DNA from: an uncultured Armatimonadetes bacterium
GTDB lineage: Bacteria > Armatimonadota > Hebobacteria > Hebobacterales > Hebobacteraceae
Length of the DNA: 64,000 nucleotides
Assembly: GCA_963716175.1 (NCBI GenBank)
Contig: OY970296.1
Coordinates: 608,001 to 672,000 of the forward strand
Direction of reading: 5' to 3'
Positions 9,795 through 18,648 of the stretch are shown one piece after another. A program made the translations under genes and the position numbers. Position 1 is the first letter of the stretch. Each line of letters begins with the position of its first letter. The notes below the pieces were generated by a model that had not been told where the DNA came from, ran no database searches, and was given only the letters and a program-made list of their open reading frames with translations.

Positions 9795-10982
9795 TCACCT
9801 GACATCCCCCGGCCCGCGCCAGACGCCGCTCTCAGCATCCCACTCCCATCCCGGAAGCGACAGGTTGGTGGGCCCACGCTCCCACTTCGTTCGCATGCGC
9901 TGCTGCACCTCAGCCCAGCTCGGGATGCCGCTGGTAGCGTCGGCTTTCTCGACATTGCACGCGCCCACCGCCACCGCGCTGGTCACCGTCTCCTCCGGTC
10001 CCAGGCCCTCCGCCAGGCCAGCCAGGAATCCCGCGATGGTGCAATCGCCAGACCCCGTGGTCCCGGTCACCGTCACCTGAAAGCACGGGGCCAGCAGCTC
10101 CCTGCCCACCCAACGCCGGACTCCTTGCGGCGCGCAACTGCCCATTCCGGCCAGCCGGGTGATGCGGTCTGTGGTGCGGAGGTACAACCCCTCCGCCCCC
10201 AGCTTGAGCGCCACCATCCGGGTCCCCATGCGCAGCAGTTGCTCCGAAAGCTCGCCCAGGAGTGCGCCATCGAGGTGCGTGCCCAGGTCCTGGCCCATGG
10301 CATCATAGCGTTGCCGATCGAGCATGAAGAGAATCTCGTCCGCGCTCGGCATGAACACATCCACGGAAGGCAGCGCCCGCCTCAGCACTTCCAACCAGTT
10401 GACTTTTCCCGCTGCTGAGGCCGGGTCTGGCTTGGCCATGTCCAGCGAAGTGGTGACCCCCAACTCCTTCACCCGGCGCAGCAGTCTCTCCAGCTCGGCT
10501 CCCCCATTGGCGTACATCCGGCGCATCAGTGGCGGATAGCCGAAATGGAAGAGCCAGGCCCCGGCCAGCTCCCCGTAGGGTACGTCCTGCCAGCCGAACG
10601 TGTCATTGGCCCCTGGGCAATGCAGGAACATGCGATCCACCCCTGGCGGGTTGATCACCAGCGTATAGGAAGTCGGCGCCTCCTTCGTGACCAGCATCCC
10701 TTCCGCCAGCGCCGGATGGTGGCCGCGCAGGATCTCGAGCACCGCGTGGCCGAACAGATCGTCGCCCACCTTCCCCATCAACCGGGTGGGAAAGCCCAGC
10801 CGATGCAGCGCCAGGCCAGTGTTCGACACCGCGCCTCCGGTCGCGGTCACGGCGCCGCCGACATGCACCAGCTTGCCGGGAACCAGGATCTCGGTCCAAT
10901 CGCTCCCGGCTCGCTCGAATGTCGGGATGATATCCAGGCAGATATGCCCGGCCACCACCATTTGGCCTCGCTCACTGGCCAC
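9795..10982 (-). CDS. PfkB-family carbohydrate kinase
   Basis: GGAVSNTG, GKVGDD, GTTGSGDCTIAG. Start inferred at GTG 10982. Confidence 0.88.
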   Translation of the reverse strand: MASERGQMVVAGHICLDIIPTFERAGSDWTEILVPGKLVHVGGAVTATGGAVSNTGLALHRLGFPTRLMGKVGDDLFGHAVLEILRGHHPALAEGMLVTKEAPTSYTLVINPPGVDRMFLHCPGANDTFGWQDVPYGELAGAWLFHFGYPPLMRRMYANGGAELERLLRRVKELGVTTSLDMAKPDPASAAGKVNWLEVLRRALPSVDVFMPSADEILFMLDRQRYDAMGQDLGTHLDGALLGELSEQLLRMGTRMVALKLGAEGLYLRTTDRITRLAGMGSCAPQGVRRWVGRELLAPCFQVTVTGTTGSGDCTIAGFLAGLAEGLGPEETVTSAVAVGACNVEKADATSGIPSWAEVQQRMRTKWERGPTNLSLPGWEWDAESGVWRGPGDVR

Positions 10983-11206
10983 GGTCTCGTCTCCCTTGTG
11001 GCTCCTTATTTCGCCTGCACCCTCGAAACTCCCCTGCCGGCACACGCTGGTCTTGTGGGTAAGGCTGGACCGCCGAGCGGCTCGGCTGGCGCGAAAGGCC
11101 AGCGCGCGCTAATATAGGGTAGCTAGCGTCCTCTGCGGTCGGGAGGAACGCGAATGGCTTTGGACCCCACGCGTGTGGGCAGAGAAGAAAGAGAGAGAAC
11201 CAGCGG

Positions 11207-13477
11207 ATGGTCAAAGAGCTAGATGTGGTGCCGGATTTCACCCCGGGTTTGATCCACCTCGGTGAGATCGCCAGGTTCCAGTATCAAAGCGGGCTGCAGG
11301 ATGAGTTGGGCCAACGGCTCGACCGCGAGCAGGCAGCCGGCCTGCTGGAATGGATGTTGACCATCCGCGCCTTCGAGCAGATGATAGTTGCCCTCAAGGA
11401 GGGCACAGTCAAGCCCTGCGAGGGGTTCACTTTCACCGGCGCCACCCACCTCTCCATCGGCCAGGAGGCGGTGGCCGTGGGCACCATGGCCGCGCTGCGC
11501 CCCGATGACTACATCACCTCCACCCACCGCGGGCACGGGCACTCCATCGCCAAGGGCGCCTATGCCATCCTGGCCATGTCGGCCGAGCAGTTGGCGGAGT
11601 TCGTGGGGCGGGAGCAGGCGGCGGGCATGGGTATGCCCGACCTACGGGCCGCCGCGCTCCAGCTTCACCTGGGCCGGACTATGGCCGAGCTGCTGGGCCG
11701 AGAGGCGGGCTACTGCCGGGGGCGCGGCGGAGGCATGCACATCGCGGACTTCAATGTGGGTCACCTCGGCGCCAACGCCATCGTGGGCGGTTCGCTCGCC
11801 ATCGCCACGGGGGCCGGCCTCTCCCTGCAAGAGCTGAACCAAGACCGCGTGGTGGCCTGCCTCTTTGGCGACGGCGCCGCCAACAACGGCATCTTCCACG
11901 AGTCGCTCAACTTCGCCACCATGTCCCAGCTCCCATACGGCCTCCCGGTGATCTACCTGATCGAGAATAACCAGTACGGGATGACCGGCCAGCAGCAGGG
12001 AGAGGTCACCGGCATAGACTACCTCGCTCGCCGGGGCGCGGCCTATGCCTTCGACAACCTGCACGCGGAAGTGGTGAATGGCATGGACGTGCTGGCGGTG
12101 TGGGACGCGGTCACGCGGGCGGCGGACCTCTGTCGCAGCAAGCAGGGCCCGGTGCTGCTGGAGTGCATCACTTACCGCTACCTGGGCCACTCCCTCAGCG
12201 ATCAGAGGGTCAAGTACCGGAGCCCGGAGGAGGAGGCGGCCTGGCAGGCGCGCGACTGTGTCGAAACCTACCAGGCCGAGGTCATCGGGGCCGGGGTCCT
12301 GACCGCATCCGAGGTCACCGATCTCCGCGCGCAGGTGAATGCCCGCATCGAGGAATCCCTGCGGTTTGCCGCGCAGAGCCCCGAGCCAGACCCGGCCACC
12401 ATCTGCGAGGGGCTGTTCGCCGAGTCCAGCTCCTGCGATGTCTCGCCCGACCTGCGCACCACAGACCTGCTCAGGCCGATGAGGCGCTTCCGCCGCGACG
12501 GCAAGGGCCAGATCATGTACCGGCACGCGGTATGCGAGGCCCTGGCCGAGGAGATGGAGCGAGATCGGCGAGTGATCATCTTCGGCGAGGATGTGGCCGA
12601 CTATGGCGGCGCCTTTCAGGTGACGGTGGGGCTGCTGGAGGCATTCGGGCGGGAGCGAGTCTTCAACACCGCCATCTCCGAGGCCGCCATCGCGGGGGTG
12701 GCCGCTGGCGCCGCTATGACTGGCCTGCGGCCGGTGGCCGAGATCATGTACATAGACTTCGTGCCCCTGGCCATGGACCAGATCGCCAACCAGGCCGCCA
12801 AGACCCGCTACATGTTCGGTGGCAAGGCCAGCCTTCCCATGGTGATCCGAACTACCATCGGCGGCGGTAAGGGCTACGCGGGACAGCACTCGCAGAGCCT
12901 GGAGGCGATGTTGACCCAGATCCCCGGCCTGAAGGTGGTAGCCCCCTCCACCGCCTACGACGCGAAGGGCCTGCTGAAGACCGCGATCAGAGATGACAGC
13001 CCGGTGATCTTCATCGAGCATCAGCTTCTCTATACGGAGAAAGGCGAGGTGCCTGAGGTCGAGTACACCGTTCCACTGGGCGAAGCCGCCATCCGGCGGG
13101 AGGGAAGAGACCTCACTATCGTCGCCTACCTCAAGATGGCCGATATCGCCCTCCAGGCCGCCGAGTTGCTGGCGGCCGACGGGGTCGAGGCCGAGGTGAT
13201 AGACCCGCGCACGCTCATTCCGCTGGATGTGCACACAATCGCGAAGTCGGTGGCGAAGACCGGACGGTTGATGGCGGTCTGCCAGGCGCCCCAGACTGGC
13301 TGCTTCGGCGAGCACATCATCTACCGCGCCCAAGAGGCCGCCTTCGCCCACCTCAAGGGTCCGGCCAAGATCGTCGCCGCCTACGATATCCCGCCCCCCA
13401 TGGCCCAGAGCCTCGAGGCCGAGAACCTGCCCAGCCCAGAGAAGGTCGCGCGGGAAGCCAAAGCGATGTTCCTGTAG
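11207..13477 (+). CDS. Fused alpha/beta E1 component of a ThDP-dependent 2-oxoacid/acetoin dehydrogenase
   Basis: HLSIGQEA, STHRGHGH, GDGAAN..N ThDP motif, YRYLGHS, then GEDV, ISEAA, QHSQS beta-subunit motifs. Confidence 0.9.
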   Translation: MVKELDVVPDFTPGLIHLGEIARFQYQSGLQDELGQRLDREQAAGLLEWMLTIRAFEQMIVALKEGTVKPCEGFTFTGATHLSIGQEAVAVGTMAALRPDDYITSTHRGHGHSIAKGAYAILAMSAEQLAEFVGREQAAGMGMPDLRAAALQLHLGRTMAELLGREAGYCRGRGGGMHIADFNVGHLGANAIVGGSLAIATGAGLSLQELNQDRVVACLFGDGAANNGIFHESLNFATMSQLPYGLPVIYLIENNQYGMTGQQQGEVTGIDYLARRGAAYAFDNLHAEVVNGMDVLAVWDAVTRAADLCRSKQGPVLLECITYRYLGHSLSDQRVKYRSPEEEAAWQARDCVETYQAEVIGAGVLTASEVTDLRAQVNARIEESLRFAAQSPEPDPATICEGLFAESSSCDVSPDLRTTDLLRPMRRFRRDGKGQIMYRHAVCEALAEEMERDRRVIIFGEDVADYGGAFQVTVGLLEAFGRERVFNTAISEAAIAGVAAGAAMTGLRPVAEIMYIDFVPLAMDQIANQAAKTRYMFGGKASLPMVIRTTIGGGKGYAGQHSQSLEAMLTQIPGLKVVAPSTAYDAKGLLKTAIRDDSPVIFIEHQLLYTEKGEVPEVEYTVPLGEAAIRREGRDLTIVAYLKMADIALQAAELLAADGVEAEVIDPRTLIPLDVHTIAKSVAKTGRLMAVCQAPQTGCFGEHIIYRAQEAAFAHLKGPAKIVAAYDIPPPMAQSLEAENLPSPEKVAREAKAMFL

Positions 13478-13540
13478 GGCGGGCATGTCTTTGCATGCCC
13501 GCCGCTTCTAGAAGCGGGCAGGGGCATGCTCCTGCCCTAC
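13474..13540. repeat. GTAG-tagged REP-like inverted doublet
   Basis: GTAG-GGCGGGCATG-tctttg-CATGCCCGCC, spacer palindrome GCTTCTAGAAGC, then GGGCAGGGGCATGCTCCTGCC-CTAC. Confidence 0.75.
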
Positions 13541-13580
13541 ATGCAGCCTGGGAAACACGGGCAGGACAGGAGGTGAGAGC

Positions 13581-14069
13581 ATGCCACTTGAGATCTCTGA
13601 GGATTTCGTCAGTCTAGCCTATCAGAGCCTGGGCTACTTCGTGATCGAGGGTCGGAAAGCTGGCAGGCGCGAGATAGACCTGCTGGCGATCCGCCTGGGA
13701 GAAGACGGCCGGGTGGCTGAACGCATCCACGTCGAGGTCAGCATCAGCGTGACTCCGGTGGGGTTTCTGCGAGCGAAGCCACGCCTGGGAAGCTCAGGTA
13801 AGGACCCCGCTGAGAGTGCCAGCGCCTGGATAAAGAGGAAGTTCACGGATCGCGACATAGAGCGAGCAGTGCACAAGGCATTGGCCGGTAAGCCAGATCG
13901 TCGGGTCTTCCTCTACGGCAGACTCAACAACGAGGAAGAGCAACTGAAGGCGTTCGAGCAGGCCGGGATGGAGTGCAAGAGCATCCGGAATCTCGTGCAG
14001 GAGGCGAGCATGAAGGGCGAGCACAACCGGCTGAAGCGCGCAGTGGACATTGCCAAACTAGTGACATGA
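13581..14069 (+). CDS. Hypothetical PD-(D/E)XK nuclease-fold protein
   Basis: E...GYF, REIDLLAIR, HVEVS pattern. AGGAGG RBS. Confidence 0.5.
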   Translation: MPLEISEDFVSLAYQSLGYFVIEGRKAGRREIDLLAIRLGEDGRVAERIHVEVSISVTPVGFLRAKPRLGSSGKDPAESASAWIKRKFTDRDIERAVHKALAGKPDRRVFLYGRLNNEEEQLKAFEQAGMECKSIRNLVQEASMKGEHNRLKRAVDIAKLVT

Positions 14070-14104
14070 TTCGTAGGCCAGGAGACGTGCTCCTTCCCTC
14101 GCTC

Positions 14105-14440
14105 CTACCCGATCAGCTCGATCAACCCCTCGACGATCTCTGCCAGCTCGTTCGGCTCCAGGGTCGCGATGCGATCTCGGAGTCGTTCCACAGAGATAGT
14201 GCGGACTTGGGTCATCTTGACCCAAGAGTCTTTGAGCAGGAGTCCGGCGGGGAGCCTGTAGGTAAGCGGATACCCCGCGCGCTGCTCCCTGCTGGTGATG
14301 GCGAGAGCGATGACCGTGCCGGAGCGGCGATTCAGAGCATCATGACTGATGATGAGAACGGGGCGCAGGCCTCCCTGCTCACGACCTCGCACCGGGTTGA
14401 GATCGGCCCAGTAGATCTCACCTCTCAATACGTTGGCCAT
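14105..14440 (-). CDS. mazF: MazF/PemK mRNA interferase toxin
   Basis: RGEIYWADLNPVRGREQGGLRPVLIIS, QVRTIS..RL. Confidence 0.95.
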   Translation of the reverse strand: MANVLRGEIYWADLNPVRGREQGGLRPVLIISHDALNRRSGTVIALAITSREQRAGYPLTYRLPAGLLLKDSWVKMTQVRTISVERLRDRIATLEPNELAEIVEGLIELIG

Positions 14441-14661
14441 GACTCATCCCCGATGCTCTCCTCGGCCATGGCCTGCTCTTCGGCGGGGTCCAGCTTGGCT
14501 GCCTCGTCGGCCAGCCGCCGCCGATGCTGTCGCCGCACCTTCTCCTCCAGCGCCGCCTGGATGGCGCGGCTGCGGTTGGGATAGCGGCGCTCGCGCACCC
14601 ACCGGTCCACCTCTTGCAGCGTCTTCTCGTCCACCGTGATCGTGATCTTACTGGTCGGCAT
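14425..14661 (-). CDS. Ribbon-helix-helix (CopG-type) antitoxin
   Basis: KITITVD...NRSRAIQAAL; acidic C-terminus ending WPTY; overlaps the toxin start. Confidence 0.88.
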   Translation of the reverse strand: MPTSKITITVDEKTLQEVDRWVRERRYPNRSRAIQAALEEKVRRQHRRRLADEAAKLDPAEEQAMAEESIGDESWPTY

Positions 14662-14682
14662 CGGTCTTTGCCTCGGCACAGT

Positions 14683-14711
14683 ATTCTACCATACCGACCT
14701 GTGGAGTGCAG
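14683..14711 (-). promoter_or_regulatory. Candidate sigma70 promoter of the TA operon
   Basis: CTGCAC-17 nt-TAGAAT with TG extension; short GTAT..ATAC dyad overlaps the -10. Confidence 0.4.
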
Positions 14712-14796
14712 CCAGGCGGTAGGGGCAGGAGACACGCTCGGGCCTTCCGAAATGTAGAGTGGGTATACCGGCGCGTGCCGCCTGGGGAACCCTGCT

Positions 14797-16038
14797 ATGC
14801 ACCTGATCCTGGAAGAAGACATGGTCATCCTCTCGGCCGCTCGCACGCCGATCGGCCGCTTCGACGGCCGCCTCGCGCAGTTCAGCGCCATCGATCTCGG
14901 TGCGCTGGCCATCGGGGCCGCGGCGGGCAGGGCCGGTGTCGAACCCTCGGTCATTGACACCGTGAACATGGGGATAGTCGTTTCCTCCGGGCTCGGGGTC
15001 GGCCCGACCAAGACCGCGGCCACCCAGGCTGGCCTGCCTGCGACTGTACATTCGCGCTCGGTCGAGACCGTGTGCGGTTCAGCCATGGACGCCATCGCGC
15101 TGGCGGTCGAATCTCTGCTGGCCGGCACCGCCCGGCTCGCCGTCGCCGGCGGGATGGAATCCAGGACGAATGCTCACTACCTGCTGCGGCCGAGGTTCCG
15201 TCGAGACAGCGAGCACTACCGCGTTGGCGGCCGGCTCAAGCTCAAGCGCGGGGGCGCCTATCGCTTTCTGCTCAGCGAGAACGTCGAGGAGCAGCTTCAG
15301 GCCAGCGAGATCGTGGACCCCACCAGCTATGACGGCCTCTTCTGCGTGGATGACAGGAAGTTCATGCGTCAGTATGCGCTGGAGTTCGCTGCCAAGCAAG
15401 GCTACACTGCTGAGCTGATCAACCGCTATGCCGCCGAAAGCCATCGCAAGTCGCGAGCGGCCACCGCGGGAGGGCTGTTCCGGGATGAGATCGTGCCCGC
15501 TGAGAGCGTCCGGGACGACGACCTCGTGCCCGAAGAGCGCCTGCAGCAGGAGCTGGAGGAGAATCCCGATGACCTGGCCTCCGCCTACAACTCCTCGACC
15601 CCGGCGGATGGTGCGGCCGCGCTAGTGCTGACCACCGGTGACCGGGCGAGCGAAATGGGGCTCAAGCCAATGGCCAAGGTGCTGGGCTACGCCCGGGTGG
15701 ACAGCCCTGCTTGCGACTTTCTGCAAGCCCCGGTGGAGGCCGCCCGCGAGTTGACCGAAGCGTTGAAGGCGGCCGGGCGGGAATGTGATTTCAGCATCGT
15801 CGAAGCCAACGAGGCCTTCGGCATCCAGCTCCCGCTCTTCCTCGAAGCGTTCGCCGGGATGGCGCTCAATGTGCACGGAGGCGCCATCGCCCTGGGGCAC
15901 CCCTTGGGGGCGGCCGGAGCGAGGATTCTCACCACGCTGCTTTATGCCATGCGCAGGTACGGACACAAGCGCGGCCTCGCCACCATCTGCTATGGCGGAG
16001 GTGGGGGTTACGCCATGGGGGTGGAGGCGATTGGCTGA
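14797..16038 (+). CDS. Thiolase (acetyl-CoA acyltransferase), divergent
   Basis: ARTPIG, TVCGSA, NEAF, GGAIALGHPLGAAG, ICYGGG catalytic motifs. Confidence 0.88.
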   Translation: MHLILEEDMVILSAARTPIGRFDGRLAQFSAIDLGALAIGAAAGRAGVEPSVIDTVNMGIVVSSGLGVGPTKTAATQAGLPATVHSRSVETVCGSAMDAIALAVESLLAGTARLAVAGGMESRTNAHYLLRPRFRRDSEHYRVGGRLKLKRGGAYRFLLSENVEEQLQASEIVDPTSYDGLFCVDDRKFMRQYALEFAAKQGYTAELINRYAAESHRKSRAATAGGLFRDEIVPAESVRDDDLVPEERLQQELEENPDDLASAYNSSTPADGAAALVLTTGDRASEMGLKPMAKVLGYARVDSPACDFLQAPVEAARELTEALKAAGRECDFSIVEANEAFGIQLPLFLEAFAGMALNVHGGAIALGHPLGAAGARILTTLLYAMRRYGHKRGLATICYGGGGGYAMGVEAIG

Positions 16039-16062
16039 CCGCCGGGCCCAGAGGCAGGAGGC

Positions 16063-17292
16063 ATGACGCTCATCGTCTTCGGCGCCGGCAATATCGGACG
16101 CTCTTTCGTGGGCCAGCTCTTCGCCAGGGCCGGCTACGAGGTGGGCTTCGTAGATGTGAATCGCTCACTGGTTGATGCCGTCAATCGCGAACGGCGCTAT
16201 CGTATCGAGATCAAGGATCGGCAGCCGGAGACGATCTGGGTGGAGGGTGTCTCTGCGATTGATGGGGCAGACCAGGAGAAGGTTGCCCGCGCCGTGGCCG
16301 GTGCCGATATCCTGGCCACCGCCGTGGGCCCGGGCGCGCTGCCTCATGTCTACCCGGCGATCTCCGCCGGGCTGATAATGAGACGCCAGCACGGGCGAGG
16401 GCCGCTCGACATCATCATCTGCGAGAACTTGCGCAACGCGGCCCACGCCTTTGCCCAGGGGCTGAGGAGCTATCTTCCGTCAGGCTTCCCGCTTGACGAC
16501 TACGTTGGCCTGGTCGAGACCAGCATCGGGAAGATGGTGCCGATGATGCCGGAGGCGGCGCTGCGCCAAGATCCCCTTGTGCTCTACGCGGAGGCCTACA
16601 ACACTCTGATCCTCGATGCCAGGGCCTTCAAGAACCCGATCCCGAACGTCCCTGGGCTCGACCCCAAGCAGGACATGGCGGCCTATGTTGACCGCAAGGC
16701 CTTCATCCACAACCTGGGGCATGCCGCTTGCGCCTACCTTGGCCACCTGCTGAACCCTGACTGGCGCTTCATCTGGGAGACGGTAGGTGATCCCAAGGTG
16801 CGCCGCGCGGCCAAGGTGGCGATGTGGGAATCGGGCCGGGCGCTCATCAAGCGTTACCCGAGTGAGTTCGACGAGCAGAATCAGGAAGCGCACATAAAGG
16901 ACCTCCTGTCCCGGTTCGCCAATCAAGCGCTGGGAGACTCCATCTTCCGCGTGGGGCGCGATCTGCCGCGGAAGTTGTCACGGGAGGATCGCCTGGTCGG
17001 CGCTCTCCTCCTGGACGCAGCCGAGGGCGTGCCCGCCCCCGCGACGACGTTGGCCCTGGCCGCGGCGTTCTTCTTCCAGGCCAGAGACGGGAACGGCCAG
17101 CTCTTCCCGGCCGACGCAGAGTTCCAGCAGAACCTGGCGGAGAACGGCGTTGACACTACTCTCAGGCTGGTCTGCGGCCTGGACGAATCCGCCCCCGCGG
17201 AACGCCGCATCGCGGCAGAGGTGAGGAGGCAGTATTTCGCGCTGCAGTCGCGAGGGGAGCGGTGGCTCGCGCAGTTCCTCGCAGCGGGCTGA
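16063..17292 (+). CDS. mtlD: Mannitol-1-phosphate 5-dehydrogenase family
   Basis: FGAGNIGRSF, ATAVG, CEN, RKAFIHNLGHA, RVGRD..RKL..DRL. Confidence 0.85.
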   Translation: MTLIVFGAGNIGRSFVGQLFARAGYEVGFVDVNRSLVDAVNRERRYRIEIKDRQPETIWVEGVSAIDGADQEKVARAVAGADILATAVGPGALPHVYPAISAGLIMRRQHGRGPLDIIICENLRNAAHAFAQGLRSYLPSGFPLDDYVGLVETSIGKMVPMMPEAALRQDPLVLYAEAYNTLILDARAFKNPIPNVPGLDPKQDMAAYVDRKAFIHNLGHAACAYLGHLLNPDWRFIWETVGDPKVRRAAKVAMWESGRALIKRYPSEFDEQNQEAHIKDLLSRFANQALGDSIFRVGRDLPRKLSREDRLVGALLLDAAEGVPAPATTLALAAAFFFQARDGNGQLFPADAEFQQNLAENGVDTTLRLVCGLDESAPAERRIAAEVRRQYFALQSRGERWLAQFLAAG

Positions 17293-17318
17293 CCGCAGAG
17301 GCGCGGAGCATTCGATCT

Positions 17319-17344
17319 GTTGGGCAGGAGGTCGCTTCCTGCCC
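17319..17344. repeat. REP-like palindrome (GTTG-tagged variant)
   Basis: GTTG-GGCAGGAG-gtcg-CTTCCTGCCC between convergent genes; related to the copies at 33526 and 51886. Confidence 0.55.
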
Positions 17345-17349
17345 CTCAA

Positions 17350-18417
17350 TTACCCTCCCGCGGCCTCCTTCGCCAGCTTCTCAATCGCCTCTTTGCCCTC
17401 CGCCACTTCGATCTCGAAGCCGGCGGTGATCTGCTGGCCGACTTCCAGCTCCACCAGCCGGCCCGCGGCGCGCTCGGCGGCGCGGCCCATGGGCAGACAG
17501 TTGCCCGGCTCGATGCCGAGCACATATTCTCGGTCGCCCAGCATCTTCCACTCGGTGAAACAAGGCAGCTCGGAGGCGCGATAGCGCAGCCGCAGGCCAA
17601 GCCCGCCGCCCAGCCGCCGGTTGATCACGGCCACGGTGACGAAGCCCTCTTTGCACGCCTTCATGGTGTGGAAGTAGACCTTCTCCGCGTAACCCATCAC
17701 CGGCGCGTGCATCTTCGCATAATCCTCTCTGCCGGCCTCGGCGGTCGCGTCGCGCGGCTGCACCTGGGTGGTCGGAAGAATCAGCTCGGTGTGGTCGTCC
17801 AGCAGCGGGAAGCCGGTGTTGATGTGATAGAGCAGCATGCACGGCGAACGCCGGGCGCCTGTGTTGGTGATGGTATCCCGCAGCACGAAGCCCGCGCCGT
17901 CGCCATAGGCGCTGATGGTGCGCGCCATCTCCAGGCAGGGACCGAAGAGCCGGGCCTCGCGCATCACGCCGCTCACCTCCAGCACCGGCCGGTCGCCCTG
18001 CCAGGTTTCAGCATAGCTGACTCTTTCGGCCGGGGCGGTGGAGATGCGGCCATGCAGGCCCAGCTCTTCACCTCCGTCGGTGCAGGGCGCGCCGGCCTGC
18101 GTCAGCCCGCAGGTCGTGAGCAGGCCGCCGGAGAATGTCCAGAGCCACTCGATCCCGCGCGGGTCATAGTAGCTCGGCGCCCCATCGCCGGCGGGAGTCC
18201 GGTAGCACAGGCTCATCCCCTGGTAGCGCGCCTCGCTGATATCCATGGCCCGGTCGAGCAGGACGGTGAACTCCAGGCCGCGGGTGGTGCGGAAGTCCAC
18301 CGCGCGAACACCGCTGGCCCTGCCGTCGGACAGAGTGTAGCGCTTCAGACCTCCGACCTGAGAGAGATGACCGGTGCGCTTTTCCACGCATTCGCGGTTA
18401 TGGCCGAAGATGGACAT
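17350..18417 (-). CDS. Aldose 1-epimerase-like protein (DUF4432)
   Basis: DRAMDI, GGLLTTCGL, LHGRIS, LYHIN.GFP, GIEPGN. Start MSIFGHN at 18417. Confidence 0.88.
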   Translation of the reverse strand: MSIFGHNRECVEKRTGHLSQVGGLKRYTLSDGRASGVRAVDFRTTRGLEFTVLLDRAMDISEARYQGMSLCYRTPAGDGAPSYYDPRGIEWLWTFSGGLLTTCGLTQAGAPCTDGGEELGLHGRISTAPAERVSYAETWQGDRPVLEVSGVMREARLFGPCLEMARTISAYGDGAGFVLRDTITNTGARRSPCMLLYHINTGFPLLDDHTELILPTTQVQPRDATAEAGREDYAKMHAPVMGYAEKVYFHTMKACKEGFVTVAVINRRLGGGLGLRLRYRASELPCFTEWKMLGDREYVLGIEPGNCLPMGRAAERAAGRLVELEVGQQITAGFEIEVAEGKEAIEKLAKEAAGG

Positions 18418-18497
18418 GGGCAGCTCCTCCTGAGAGATCACTCGCGCAGTGCGAGCGCATATGGTTTGGCGGTCGGGGCGGGAAGTCCTTGCGGGGT

Positions 18498-18532
18498 AAT
18501 GACAGAGACCGATCTGCAAATGACACAGACCG
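18498..18532. promoter_or_regulatory. 14-bp direct repeat, candidate regulator site in a divergent promoter
   Basis: AATGACAGAGACCG (18498) and AATGACACAGACCG (18519); 21-bp period. Confidence 0.45.
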
Positions 18533-18648
18533 GCGCGGCCGCCTGTCGCGCATCGGCCCGCGCGGGCAGGCCCCTGTGCATGGGCTGGCACAGGGATGAC
18601 CTGCAGCGGAGGGAATGAGAGCGCGAGACGCGGTTTCGGGAGGCGATC

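Noticed and set aside
11642-13486. 614-aa minus-strand ORF
   Set aside because: Antisense to the fused E1 gene; no recognisable domain.
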